From: Antedon mediterranea
Lineage: Eukaryota > Animalia > Echinodermata
Length of the DNA stretch: 64,000 bases
Assembly: GCF_964355755.1 (NCBI RefSeq)
Contig: NC_092678.1
Span: 6,216,422 to 6,280,421 of the forward strand
Direction of reading: 5' to 3'
The notes beneath the pieces are model-generated. The model was not told the DNA's origin, searched no databases, and was given only the letters and a program-made list of their open reading frames with translations. A program made the translations under genes and the position numbers. Below, in pieces: positions 1 to 13,900 of the stretch. The stretch's first letter is position 1. The number at the start of each line of letters is the position of its first letter.

Positions 1-100
1 TATTATTATATACTATACTTAGGTTAGGTATTACTATTTATATTTTTTCAAAATTAAATAAAATTTACAAATTTTAATAAAAAAATAATTTGAAAGATAC

Positions 101-3100
101 CTGTACGATGATTTCATCTCCCTGGTCTAGGTTTACTTTACATATGACGCTCATATTAGAATCTCCACCCACAAACCACACTTCTACTACCTCCTCTTGA
201 TTAATGCTACACACCTGTATTTATGCAAATTAAGTTGTATACCATTAGTATATATGATTTGCTCAGGCAAATATTAAAAATTCTCTCTTCACTGTTGATG
301 CTACAAATTGTGAGTAATTTATGCTAATTAAATTGTATAACAATAGCATATATGATTTGCTCATACAAATATTATAACATCTCTTTTCATTGTTGATGCT
401 ACACACCTGTATTAAATAATTTATGCAAATTGTATAACATTAGCATACAGTATATTATTATATGTTGTTCAGAATACTGATTCATGCCAATACTATAATG
501 TAAAATATTTTCTCTTTCAGTACCTGTTTATTGCTACTCAAATTAAATTGTGTAAATTATACAAAATTAATATGTTACCAAACATTTTTTCTGTACAACA
601 AATAGAGAAAACTTGTCAAAGACTTACCCGGCTAATTCCACATTCAACCGTTTTGTCTTTAAATAATGTGAATGTGTTCTGCAGACACAGCAACTCTGGT
701 GTATTTAACCATCTATGTGTTTCTTTTGACTGAAACCAAAGGAAATATATAAAATAAAAACATTAATTAACTATCGTGTCAGTTAAGACAGAGGCAATGA
801 AAGCCACAGCCATAATATCAGCATAGGTTGAAGTCTCTCATTGACCATAGTTTTGGCGCAAGTTTTCTTGAATAAGGACGTCGATCTTATATAGCGCTTT
901 TAAAATGCTAAATATTCAAGCACTTTACATTATTACATTACAATATTTCATAATGTTGCAGTTTGTGACGTTACAAGGTACCTATTTGTATGCGTGTGGA
1001 GTAAAGTGTCTTTGTCTAAGGACACAAGCAATGTGATGATCAATGGACTCGAACTCCCGTTTTTGCAATCAGAAGTGAAACGCCCAACACACTGTGCCAC
1101 ACGCTCTTGCAAGACATAAAACTTGAGGTCCAGTATACACATTTTGACGCTCTTTTGTACCTACCGTTGGTCTATTCTCTGGTACACGTTCAAGACATAG
1201 ATCAATGAGGTCTTGAAGCTCAGGCCAAGGGTCAACACCACTCTCGGTCAATGGCGGAAGTTTACGTCCCTAAAAAAGAGAAAGACAATTATTTTATGAA
1301 GTTGTTAAATTGTATATGCAATTTAACAACACTGAATATCGTTTGAAAATTATTATAACCTTAACAACGGCATCATCCAGTTCATTACGGAAATCAAGAT
1401 CTTCAAAAGGCTTCTTTCCGCAGGTAACAATCTCGTACAAAAGAATACCGAACGAATATACATCCACCTGGAATGTAAATCAATACAATTCATTTATTTG
1501 TCGTCCAAAAACGTTTATTTTTAATTAGATGAGGATTGTAACCATCCTTTTTACAATGCCTCGGAAAATGTGTCACAGGTCCTAACTTTGAACATGAAAT
1601 ATTGAGAGACGCTATAACTTCAAACACACATAGGGGGTGTTATTTTTTTAAACAGCATCTACAGAATTCCTGCTAAATCCAGATAGACAGCTATTACAAT
1701 CTTAAGAAAAGTGTTTCATGGAAGTCCCCAGATCTTTAAGTTTCGTTAATGCAAATAATAAAGGTTAAACAATTTAATCAACAAAATATTTGACCTCTGA
1801 CCTCAGTGTTGTATGTAGCAGTGCCTTTAATGACCTCTGGTGCTCTGTAGCCTGGCGTTCCTTCATTAGATTTCAAGCCATAATATGTGATAAACTTGGA
1901 AATACCATAATCTGCAATCTTTGCATTTATCTTTGTAATAAAACACACAAATATTTTATAAATATTTAATTTCATATACAGTACATATATTTCATACAAT
2001 TCATCAGTCGAAAATTACTTCAATTTATTGTCATTTGCATATAAAATATACATAGAAATGATGATAACCGATTGCCTGAACATGACATATAGTGAACATT
2101 GCTTTTAAATGCGTTTGTTTGGGCTCATGCAAAAAATATTCTGCTGCAGTTACTGCAGAAACTATATGTTTTCTTGCTATAATTTAATTCAGTTTGTTTC
2201 CATGTTTCATTAGTCAAAAGCTTAAAGTTAAATAATTGCATAAGGTTATGAAGTAAACAAAATGTTGTACTGTAGTAGAGAAATTTCGATAGAAAATGTC
2301 AAATTTTTCCCTCCAATTTTCATTTAAATAACACACTAAACTAAATTGTAAAATTAAACTACAGAAAATAAACACACATGGAAAAAGTATATAAAGATTG
2401 CATACCATCATCCCAAGGTTAAGAGAGAAGATAAGAATGTTGTCAGGCTTCAAATCACGATAGACGATTTTATTATCGTGAAGGAACGTCAACCCTTCAG
2501 CCACCTAAAATATGAAAAAATATAATTTGTTAAGGTACAGAGTGGAGTACAATGGCTATGCGAATTAGTGGCCGAGCGGTTAAGACAGTAGCACCATTGC
2601 AAGGGTTCTGGTGGTAGAACGAGTCTTCTCGGACAAGGACTATAAACCATACAGTAGGTCCAGTGTACACATCTTTAGCTCATGTGCACTTTAAAGAACA
2701 TACATCTAACGAATACAGGTCAACCCGTACCCATGCCAACTCGTACCCACCAACTCGTACCCAAATTTTGGCTTACTCGTACCCAAAATTTTGGCTGACC
2801 CGTACCCATCATTGGCTGACCCGTACCCATCATTGGCTGGCCCGTACCCAAGTTTAATGCTATTTAAAGTATATTTATATTACATTTAAACCCAGTTTTA
2901 TTAAATTTTTAGATACCAATCATATGTTCGATATTATAATGGCAAAAACTATTGACCTAAAATGTATAATAATATGTACAGACTCGTACGAAAAAAGCAC
3001 AGCTTTCATCGTATTTGCGTACGTCGTATTTGGTAAAGTTAATACTTGAGGGCGCTGTTTTATATGGCTCTGTGGAAGATGTCAGTGGTCGGCTGTGCTG

Positions 3101-6100
3101 CATTCTATTTTTTTTTCATTTATGAGTTATTAATCTATTATTTTCTACGAATAGTAGTACATGGAAATTGAAATACCCACTAGTCTGTGGTAAACATGAA
3201 TATCTTTTATACATAATTTGTATTTTCATTTTATTTTACAGATAATGAAGTAATGTGCTTTTTGAAAATCGTTTTAAAACGAATGGTTTTTGTTGTTTTG
3301 TTTTGCAAGTTTTGGAAAATAAAACTGTTTTAACATTTCGAAAATATTTAATACATTTTTAAATAGTCACTCGTATTTTAAAATCACGAAACTATTTAAG
3401 TGGATACCAGCCTCATTGCTGCTATGAGCATTTAGTAGTAGATTAGATTATTGCCGTTTATCTAGTATACAATGACGATGTGAGAGTAATAATAAAAGGT
3501 AACTACTGTACTAACCTCCAATAATTTAACATTTAATTACAAACGACGACATTTGCTGTTATTACGTTTTCATTTTATAATGATTATTACTGTATTATTA
3601 TGACTAAAAACCGAAATAAATACTACTAAAACTTAAAAAAATCATCTTATCGCTGACAGATACGTAAGTACTCAGACACGTGTAGGTAGGCCTTCAGAAC
3701 GTTTATATTATTTTAGTAAATAAGACGACATCCGTTGCCATGGAAAAACGATCGTAGTTCATTTCATTTGTCTTATTTGACACATTATAGAATGCGTATT
3801 TTTTTTTTTTAAAGGGAATCCCTCGTCAGCAAAAACACGTAGCTGTAAGTTATTGAGGAAACATCTACCAAAAATGTTTAATTACCGTAAACAAACAGAT
3901 AATTTTACTGAATTATTTAAGAAAAAAAATAAATAGAAAACGATCATACGCCACATTGCCTATTTTTGGACACACTACAAATGGACCCGTACAAATGCGT
4001 TTTTTTTTTTTAATAATAAAGAGGAATCCCCATTCAGCAAAAACACGTAGCTGTTATAGAAGAAAATCTGCCAAAATGTTTAATTGCCTTAGGCTACAGT
4101 ACGACAGTACGTGTATATGATCATTTCACTGAATTATTAATAAATAAAATATATGGAAAATGATAATACGTCATTACTAAGTCGTCTCTTTGACGCCGGC
4201 CCTATAAATGTGTGTTTTTTATAATAAAAGGTTAATCCCGGTCAGAAAAAACACGTAACACGAAATCTACGAGTAATTCGACCCCATAGCCCGGCAGGCT
4301 TTTTGCTTAAAACAGGGTGTTGTTAATTCAACCAATTTTAAATATACCAAATACAATAGAAATAATTACTTGATCGAATGTAATCAGGGAAGATAATTAG
4401 AATAAAATAAAAGAATAAAAATTGATAAGTATAAAATTATACGTTGTTGGTACTTTACCTGGGCTTAATTGAATTGTAATACTAACTATACAACAGTTAA
4501 AATATTTTTTTTATTAATTAATGTTCTCTTACGTAAATAAAAAAGACACATCAAACATACGTTTATAAAACTATAATACTAGATTTAAATAAATGTTAAC
4601 AAATATATGCCTAATTAAACGAAGTCTACAATCAAATCAATGGTCATTTTTATTAGCACACATTTCACCGAGACCTGTAAAATAAAAAAACAATTTAAAT
4701 ATAAAAATATTCATACGGCAAAAGCATACCACTAGTTTTGCGCCGATCAAATCATTACAAGTAATTATTCAAATTGGGTACGAGTAGGCCAAATAATGGG
4801 TACGAGTAAGCCAAAAATGAGTACGGGTAAGCCAAAAAATCGGTACGAGTAAGCCAAATACTTGGGTACGAGTAAGCCAAATATTTAGGTACGAGTTGGC
4901 ATGGGTACGGGTTGGTTTGGGTACGGGTTAGCCAAAGTGGGTACGAGTTGACCAATTATTTGGGTACGGGTTAGCCAAGTTGGGTACGAGTTGGCATGGG
5001 TACGGGTTGGTTTGGGTACGGGTTGACCAGCACCCCTTTTGGTGTACTAGTACATCACAGTCACTGATTGTAACTAGGCCATCTGGGAGACCAGTCTTTG
5101 ACTGAAGAGGCCAACCAGTATAAATGAAATATTTCAATTCAATTTACACATCGGACGATCGGTAACAGTAAGCAGAAAATCTGTATCTATACTGAGTGGG
5201 GTTTTCACTCAATTGCCTGTCTAAAGTTTGATAGTGTATACAGAGCATAAGCACCCAAGCCTCGATCTAAATCCTTATAAACTACTGTAGATCATATTTA
5301 CCTGTAATGCAATTCTATGCTGTTGACTCCTGTTCAACCTCCTGTAAGCTGACTTCCAGATGGATGAGAGGGAACCAGAAGTAGCGAACTCCATCACCAG
5401 CATCTGTGGGTTGATCCCTACAGCTTCTAATGAGATCAAGCTGGGATGGTGTAGATGTCGTAACACTGATATCTAAAAAACGAGAAATATTTTATTCAAT
5501 TAATCCACTGTTTTAATTAATTAATTCATTCATTTAAAACTTTGTTGGTTTAAAGCTCTTTCTACACCATCAAACTAGTTGGACAAAAAAAGTGTGATGT
5601 GCCAAAATATGGTAGTGATATGCCATCATCATATGGGCATATCTTTTCACATCATCACATTTTTTTTGTCACATAAAGTTTGATCCTGTAGACAAGGCTT
5701 TATAAAAAAAATCATATTTATCTGATAATCGTTGACCGGTATCGTCCTAGTATAAATGGACCTTTAAGTTAATTTAATCAAAGGAACTTGTCCACGCACC
5801 TCTTGTCGCAGCATTCGGTGAGGATGAATATCGCCTTGCTTGTTAAACACCTTAACAGCTACTTGCTGAAAAAAATAATAACAAAAATTAAATCACGAAA
5901 AACTCTTACAGCCAGTAGAACCCCTGCTTTGGGACATCTGTATTTTCTTTTAAACAAACAAGGAGAAATATATATTTAAACACTACGTTCAACCCCAATT
6001 CAGGGGACACCCCTATAAACAGCATTATGGGAGTATGTTTCTATACATGTTTGATTCAAAACATCACCGGAAACGAAAGTGGAAAATTGAAGTAAAATCT

Positions 6101-7886
6101 CTCTATGAAAAAGGCACGAAATTACGTTTCTCGGCGGGAAAATGGCGCTCAGCAACTGGAGTTGTCTTTACATTCAAGTAACTGGTCCCAATCATGAAAG
6201 AAAGATATACTTTAACACTTAACTTTACGTTTGATTATTACTCTTAACTTAATTACTTTATGGAACTTAATTAAACTCTTGTTGTTTTTCATGTGTCCTA
6301 AACCGGAACCAGAAATTTTTTGTCACGGCGATACTAAACTAATTTTATTATTGTGTTTTAGCATTCCATTGCCTCCTCTCCAGAACTCAATTGCATTGCA
6401 ATGGATAATAGCATAATACTGTTAACACTACGGCCATACTGCGTTGAAACACCGGTTCTCGTCAGATCACCGAAGTTAAGCAACGTGGGCCCGGTTTCGT
6501 TCTGGATGGGAGACCGTCTAGAAATCGTGGCGGGTGCTGTATATACTGGAGAGTGATGGTGTAATGGTAATATCGGACTAGCATGTGATAGGCATGGGTT
6601 CGAGGTTATCTGTACCATACTAATTGCATCCTTAGGCAAGATGCTTTACTCTCATTGCCTAATCTGGTAGGCGCTGCACTGCTGGCTGCCGTGGGTCCGT
6701 GGAGGGCCTAATCCGAATTTCCTCACTGAGGACAAATATTAATACAAAATACAAAAAAAAATACAAAAATACTGTATATTCCTATTTCCTTTAACTAACT
6801 TGTGCAAAAATATGTTCCTACTTAATTTTCTGCAAATTATCATATTATTATTAAGATATTACCTTGTTTTTGTAGACTGCTTTGTACACGGATCCAAAAC
6901 CACCGTCACCTAGCAAAAACTCAGAACTGAAAAAAAAAACCAAGACATGCAAATAATTATTTTACCGCAGTTACTGCAGTAACTGCATTTCTTTTCTGCT
7001 ATAGCATACGATTTTAGTTTGTTTAATATAGAAGTTTATGATAAATAATAAACAGTGTGTATATGACTACCCAGAAAAACCTAGGTTTAAATAAGTAAAC
7101 ATAATACAGCTACTGCAGTAACTGCAGTAAAATAATTTTGGCATGGTTCCTTAAATGTATGAAATTTTAAATAAAAATTGTAAAAAATGTGTACAATTTT
7201 AAATTAATAGGAGCCCAAAAATAATCATTCGATATAATATAAACTATTAAATGTGATATAATATTATAATTATTAAATAATTTGTAGTTACCTTGCTTTG
7301 AAGTGAAATTGAGTTCTATCCAAATAGAACCTTTCTTCAATATCAGTTAGCGTCAAATCAGGAGCCTGAAAAATGTTATCAGAATATAATAAATTGAATT
7401 TTTGCTTGACCCGAGTAGGTTTACCATTTTTGTCACATATATACAGATGTTTGACAGTTGGTTCAATCTATAGTATGTTGAAATTATTTTAGGTTTAGTA
7501 AAAGTAAAATTAATAATTGTAAATTTTAAAAACAGAAACAAATATAGAACTACTGTGACTGGGTTAAGCGTAATGTTGAAAGAGTTTTTAGAAATTTCTG
7601 AAGTGGCATTTCATGCTTGGTGGTTCTTAAGCTTGCCTACACATTTTAGAACCTTGGTTCAAATCTGATATTGGCCTTACTACCATATATACTACAATAT
7701 ATATATAAACAAATCAGGCAAAGAACAGTAATTCTAAACCGCCCGGTGATATACTGAAATTTAATTTGAAACGATAAAGATGAGGAAATCTGTGCGAAAA
7801 TGAGAAAAAGTTGCCCCAACCGAGACTCGAACTCGGACCATCTGCTTGATATGCAGTTGTCCTAACCATTAGACCACTGGGGAAAT

Positions 7887-7918
<32 letters not shown>

Positions 7919-10900
7919 CTTGCACTGATGAAGGGCTAGTGTTGCCCGAAAGCTCTGCTTACTTTTCTGGCTGTTTACTTTATCGTTTTGATTTAGCTTT
8001 TCGCTTTTTATTTTTGTATCTCCATTGAGATCCAGCCACTGATACCCACAGCATTGTCATTTTTTTCAGTAATTTGCCTTTGGATTTATATATATATATA
8101 TATTGATGTTCAACCTGTACTAACTACTACTTCATACAATGACAAAAATGGTTTTTTTTATAACTAATTGGCTATTTTGACAAGGATAAACCTAAGGTAA
8201 ACTCAATTTAATAACTGTTTAGAAGACTTCAATACACACCAGATCAGCTATGTTAGGCCTTGTAGCACAGGTCCTACACAAAACCTGGTCTTTTAGGCTC
8301 GCAAGCTGCTCCAATAAGTCATCCACAACAAACTCATTGCCTGGGGAAACAGAAGAAGAAAAGTGCTTAGATAAAACTGGCCTAACATCTTCAAGGTCTT
8401 AAAGAGTGCATGGCATAATGGGATATCAGGCTATAATGATGAGAGGAATGTGTTTGAGATCTGTCTGTGCCATATTGCTCATATCCTTTTACAAGACACT
8501 CTCATCGGTTCATCATTCGAATGGACAACAATCTGTTGCTCTTGTGTACATACCTATATAGCAAAAAAGGAATTAGTCTGGTAATCAACAAGAGTAGGGA
8601 TAATTTCCTGGTGTGTTCATGGTCCTGTATAGTTGGCAGGGAACAGTGTTACTGTAAATTCACAGCTTACCTGTGCAGGAACAAGGAACTTTCTTCTGAA
8701 GTAACGGCCGGCCTAGAACTGGATCCATCTCCATTAAACCTGGAAACCACTCCTCGACAAGGTCATCAATAAGGTCACAGGTCAAACCGAGCACCCTGTA
8801 AATATATATTTATTGTGAGAATCAAAGAACTAAAGGTCAACTCAGTCTTTAAGATTAAGGTCTAAAATGTTTGGTCCTATATAAGTTGAATAAAACATGA
8901 TAGTAGTATAGGAACAACAACGTTTTTTGGCTTCCCACTTCAGAGATGTTCCATAATGTAGCCTGATGTTGAGGGCTCGCAAGTGGATTCTCAGTGCGTA
9001 GAAGATGATGATGACATTAAACCGGAATTATAAGTGCAAAAGCATTAGCATATACTCACTTATGCCCAAACTTTGTATCTGGAACTGTTACAGATAACAC
9101 ATCTGGTGCCTTTTCTTTTGGCTCAACCAGAATGAAGACATTCTGCAAAATAAATTCAACAACATCAATAAAAACTAAACTAGACTCATAACAAGCTGAG
9201 CTAAACTTATAATATTATACTGATGAAATACAAAAAATCCATTAATAAATTTGCTTAGAATTTCTGGAATTCCAAACACAACTACACCATATAAAGAATT
9301 GGAAACATAGAAAATTAACATTTTTTGGGAGAAGTTTGAAGTTCAACTCTCCTAAAAAAAGGTAGACTTTATTTATATACTGTATATAGGCCTATGCCAA
9401 CTTTCTTTCAAAACAAACATTATTTTTGTCCCAAATAAAAGATTTGTATTTAATAGACTAAAATAAAATTTGATGACTTAATCATTGGTTTTCTAGCCTA
9501 AAATAATGGAGAGAAGTAAACATTCTGAATATCGTGTGGGATAACATATTTTATAAGATCTAGATATGAGTATATAACATAGTATAACTTACATTTGCCC
9601 AGCAGATGTAGATGCCTTCTCTCCAGTACTCTTTCCTAATTTCACAGTTCTTCATTAACTTTTTCTAAAATAATAACAACATTTTTTTCATAACAATTAC
9701 AGTTTACATATTATTAAAACAGTTAAGCCTACTAGGCTACCAGTAATCTATTCATGCAAATTCAATGTTTTCAACAAGAAAAAAATTCTAGCATTTATTA
9801 TTTTCCACTAGAAGTGAGAATAGATGTGTTTTCATTTCGATCACATGTCTGCTGAGCTGTTCAATTGCTCATAAACTTGTGAGAAAGTGCAATATTCAAA
9901 CTACTAATTTTGCTAATGCAAAAAACTTAAGGAACTAGAATTCATCACAAAAAGGAATTTAGAAAATATGAATAAATATGAATACACATATGCATAACTT
10001 GACACTTTCAATTTGTGCAAATGCACCAAAAAAACAGGTTTTACAAAACATGAAGAGAAAAATGTGTAGAACAAGTTATATATAAAATATGAAACAAATG
10101 AGAAATATATGGTTAATTTGATTTAATTTGATATGACAAAACACAAAAATTACCAATTTAAACACAATTTGTGATGTGCTGGGTACAATAAGTTTCTGAA
10201 ATATGATTTTAAATATGTGGGTAGTTTGAGTTATGAGACTGTTTTCAAATTGTGGATGTGCGATGTACATTATGATTTGATTTCAAATTATGTTAATATA
10301 TATTTGCTGGCGGTCATGAGCACTATTAGGAAGTTCACATTAATTGACAGTTGAACCCCTATTAAGGGGTCACCAATAGGTACCTGAAAGATGTCGCCTA
10401 TTAGGGTGGCTGTAGTGTTAACATATATTTACCCTCGTTCATTTTAAAAGAAAGTTTCCCTTAAGCTCTGTCTACTCCATAAAACTAGTTTGACAAAAAA
10501 GGTGTGATGTGCCCAAACATGGTAACGATATGCTCAAATATGGTAGTGATATGACATCATCATGTCCATATATGGGCACATCACATTTTGTTGTGATGTG
10601 CAGTTTGATAGTGTAGACAGACAGAGCTTAGAGATGTCCCAAAGAAGGAGTTCTACAACATAAAATTTGACAGATGAGATTATAATTGAAAAGTGTTCAT
10701 TTTCTTACCACATTAATGCTGTCATCTGGGTTCATCGATTGTACGACTAAAGAGCAAATCTGGTCTTTCTGATAATGGGAAAGCCCATGGATGAAATGCG
10801 GAAAAGCAATAGTTATAATAATGGAAAAAGCAATCATTATCATATAATGGCAAAAGCAATCATTATCATATAATGGCAAAAGCAATCATATCATATAATG

Positions 10901-13900
10901 GCAAAAGCAATCATTATCATATAATGGCAAAAGCAATCATATCATATAATGGCAAAAGCAATCATATCATATAATGGCAAAAGCAATCATATCATATAAT
11001 GGCAAAAGCAATCATATCATATAATGGCAAAAGCAATAATATAAAAAATAATTTCAAACTTAAAAACATAATGAAATATACAATATCTCACAATATCAGA
11101 CTTTTAAAACTAGAAACTCTCCCAAAAGCAAACTTTGAGGTCCAAATTCCTGATTACAATAAAAACATTCAGAATTTTACCAGACTGTTTAGAAAACCAA
11201 CACAGCCCAAATGTCTGGTATTGGTAGAGGTGACTGTACTATTGCAAATTATGAATAATAAATATTGAAAAAATGCAATATTACATCATTTTAAAATATG
11301 AAATCTATATAATTTAAGAATTTTTGACAAGTATTTTATGGATAGTAACAACTTTGTAAAATGTTTGATTACAGGCACTGTTCTGCTATTGAGAAATACA
11401 TCATAATCAACCTCAGACATCCTGATATCCTTTTCTTGCACATTCATTTCAACACACCCATCAAATAAATAAACAAACCGGATATCTTGTATAAGTGTCT
11501 CTTTTCTTAAGAATTGTTGTGAGGTGTTTTCCCAATGATCGTAAATCAAACAGTACTGGGTATGGTCAACTAGCGTTCTTGTCACCAACTAGCCACCTAT
11601 TGAGCAAGGGTTCACCTGATGAAAAGTACAGTACCCATGATACTATACTATTATCTTTTTTTACAATTAAACATTGTTGTTTACCAAAATATAACATGCT
11701 TTCCTACCTGTAAAACTTTGTCTTGAGTAAAGAGCAGAAGTCTCAGGATCAATCTAGACCAGAGGCCAATGGGGATGTAGGGCATGTCATAGTACCGCTT
11801 CAACAGGCCTGACAAGAAATGACCAGAAAACTAAATTATTAGGGCGATTAATATCATGTTAGTTTAAAAAAAATATACTTAAATCATATAAAACTCAAAT
11901 AAAATTACATTTTCAAAGAGTATGGTGTTTCACTATATAAAAAAATATAAATAAATCGTATTAAAATGAAGGTAAAAAATATAGTACTCGAATAAGAGAA
12001 CGACAAAAAATATTTATTTATTAAGGCTCTTGGTAACGTGCAAGAATATTCAATAAAAAAAATACAAAAGTACATTAGTGCTCAAATAAGAGCATAATGT
12101 TTTATTATATAAAAATAAATCAACTTAAAGGTTAAGTACAAAATGGTCAAATAAGATGTTACTACTAAATATAACAGAAAAAAAAATCATGCAACACACA
12201 TAGCTAAAATGATGCAGAATATCAGAACTATCCTATAGAAAATAAAAGTAGGTACTGAAATACCATATGAAACAAAATAATAAAAATACACCAATGGATG
12301 CACTATGCATGAAAAACATACTTGAACAAAAATCCCCAACTTAATTCAATTTTACGATCTTATCGAAATCCTAAAATTTAAAAACAAATCATATAAGAAT
12401 CATTGAAACAAAAACAAACATGATATAAAAAAAATATAGTTAGTGTGATTTAAAAAAAAATACTAAAAAGATCTATCTACAAGAAAATCAAACAAATGAA
12501 AATTATTAACTAAAAACTATATCAAATGAAAGTCTCTATAGGCCTGTATGCTGGGGTGGTTTGGTTTGTATGAAAGCCTACAACACAGTACACATTTTTA
12601 GCCCCTTTTCAGGGAAGAAGATTTTCAAGTCAGCATACGGGCCTGGTGTTTGAGACCATAAAAACAGGAAAACTATCTAAAACAACTGAACAAATTCAGT
12701 ACTAATAATATTACCTTATAACAATTCATCTGGTGAACAGTGGTAGGAGAAAAAAACAAAAATGAATATAGAAATATATGGTGTGCAGAATATTATATAT
12801 ATAACTTTAGCTCTAGATTTGTTAACCAGTTTGTACTTAATCCTATTATGAAGGTTTAATTACCAATTATGGTAAAAACAGTGTATACCTCAGGTCTGCC
12901 CTTAGATATTAGATATTGAATCATAATTCATAATTGTGCTAATTTTAAAGATTAGTTGATTTACTATAGACATGCATATACATGTTCGGGGCATGCATGT
13001 ATACCTGATTTCTCAATGACATATGGAGGGCATTTTACATGCGTTCCATCCTGTTGTGCCGACATTAGCCTAAAACACTTAGAGACTATTTATTATAAAC
13101 AAATTATTATTATTTTAGAAATAATAATGAAATAGTATAGAGTGTTAAATTCATAGGTCACAATTAACAATTAAAGTAACATAAAAAAGAAGTAATAATT
13201 ACAAACATAATAAACGTAATTTCTTTCTTTCTTCTAAATTTTGGGATAGTCAATGTTGGGATAGTTCAATTTTGGTATAGTCCAATTTTGGGATAGTCCA
13301 ATTTTGGTATAGTCCAATTTTGGGATAGTCAATGTTGGGATAGTTCAATTTTGGGATAGTCCAATTTTGGGATAGTTCAATTTTGGTATAGTCCAATTTT
13401 GGGATAGTTCATTCAATTTTGGGATAGTCCACGTTTGAAATGTTGACAGTAAAGAATATACATCATTTGTGTTTTAACGATAAATTTACAATTTAAAAAT
13501 TGATGTCATATTTCTCACCTTTTCTGGAACCAACTGGTAAAGTGATGTTAGGTCGCTTCACAGGCATCTTGCACGGTAACAGAAGATCACTGTCGTTTAT
13601 AGGTAACATGATGTCAAACCTTAAATAAAATTAGTGTGTTTGCTTATTGTTTAATTATTCCATCAAAGTTGCATTAATTAATTACGATTTATTTATTTGT
13701 CTTCCTGGTGTGTCCGAGGTGTCTACAAGGAAAACTGAACAGCAGTACAGAACAGAAGAACAAATGGCATACCATGGATGCGAAAGGAACAGAAGCCGAC
13801 ACAAGAGATAAGATGATATTTATGAATTGAATGAGAGAAAGAAAAACATACAAAACAGTATAGGACGGCCATGGAGATTTTTTCCATGGAACCAATGAAG

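Noticed and set aside
4776-5028. Regularly spaced GGGTACGAGT repeats resembling a CRISPR array
   Set aside because: Eukaryotic intron, no unique spacers, no cas genes; mirrored at 2718-2850, so these are transposon subterminal repeats.
6425-6545. Functional 5S rRNA gene
   Set aside because: Several indels and substitutions, no oligo-T terminator, and it is fused to a SINE body.
7815-7885. Genuine tRNA gene (also 23440, 52720, 59940)
   Set aside because: Imperfect cloverleafs followed by shared repeat bodies; these are SINE heads.
12715-13069. Extra LRRK2 exons at 13005-13069 and a 15-nt microexon at 12715-12729 (good splice-like signals)
   Set aside because: Both put a stop codon in the phase-1 frame, and exon 13519-13619 joins 11708-11808 directly with human-like spacing. 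They could only be poison exons, which needs RNA evidence.
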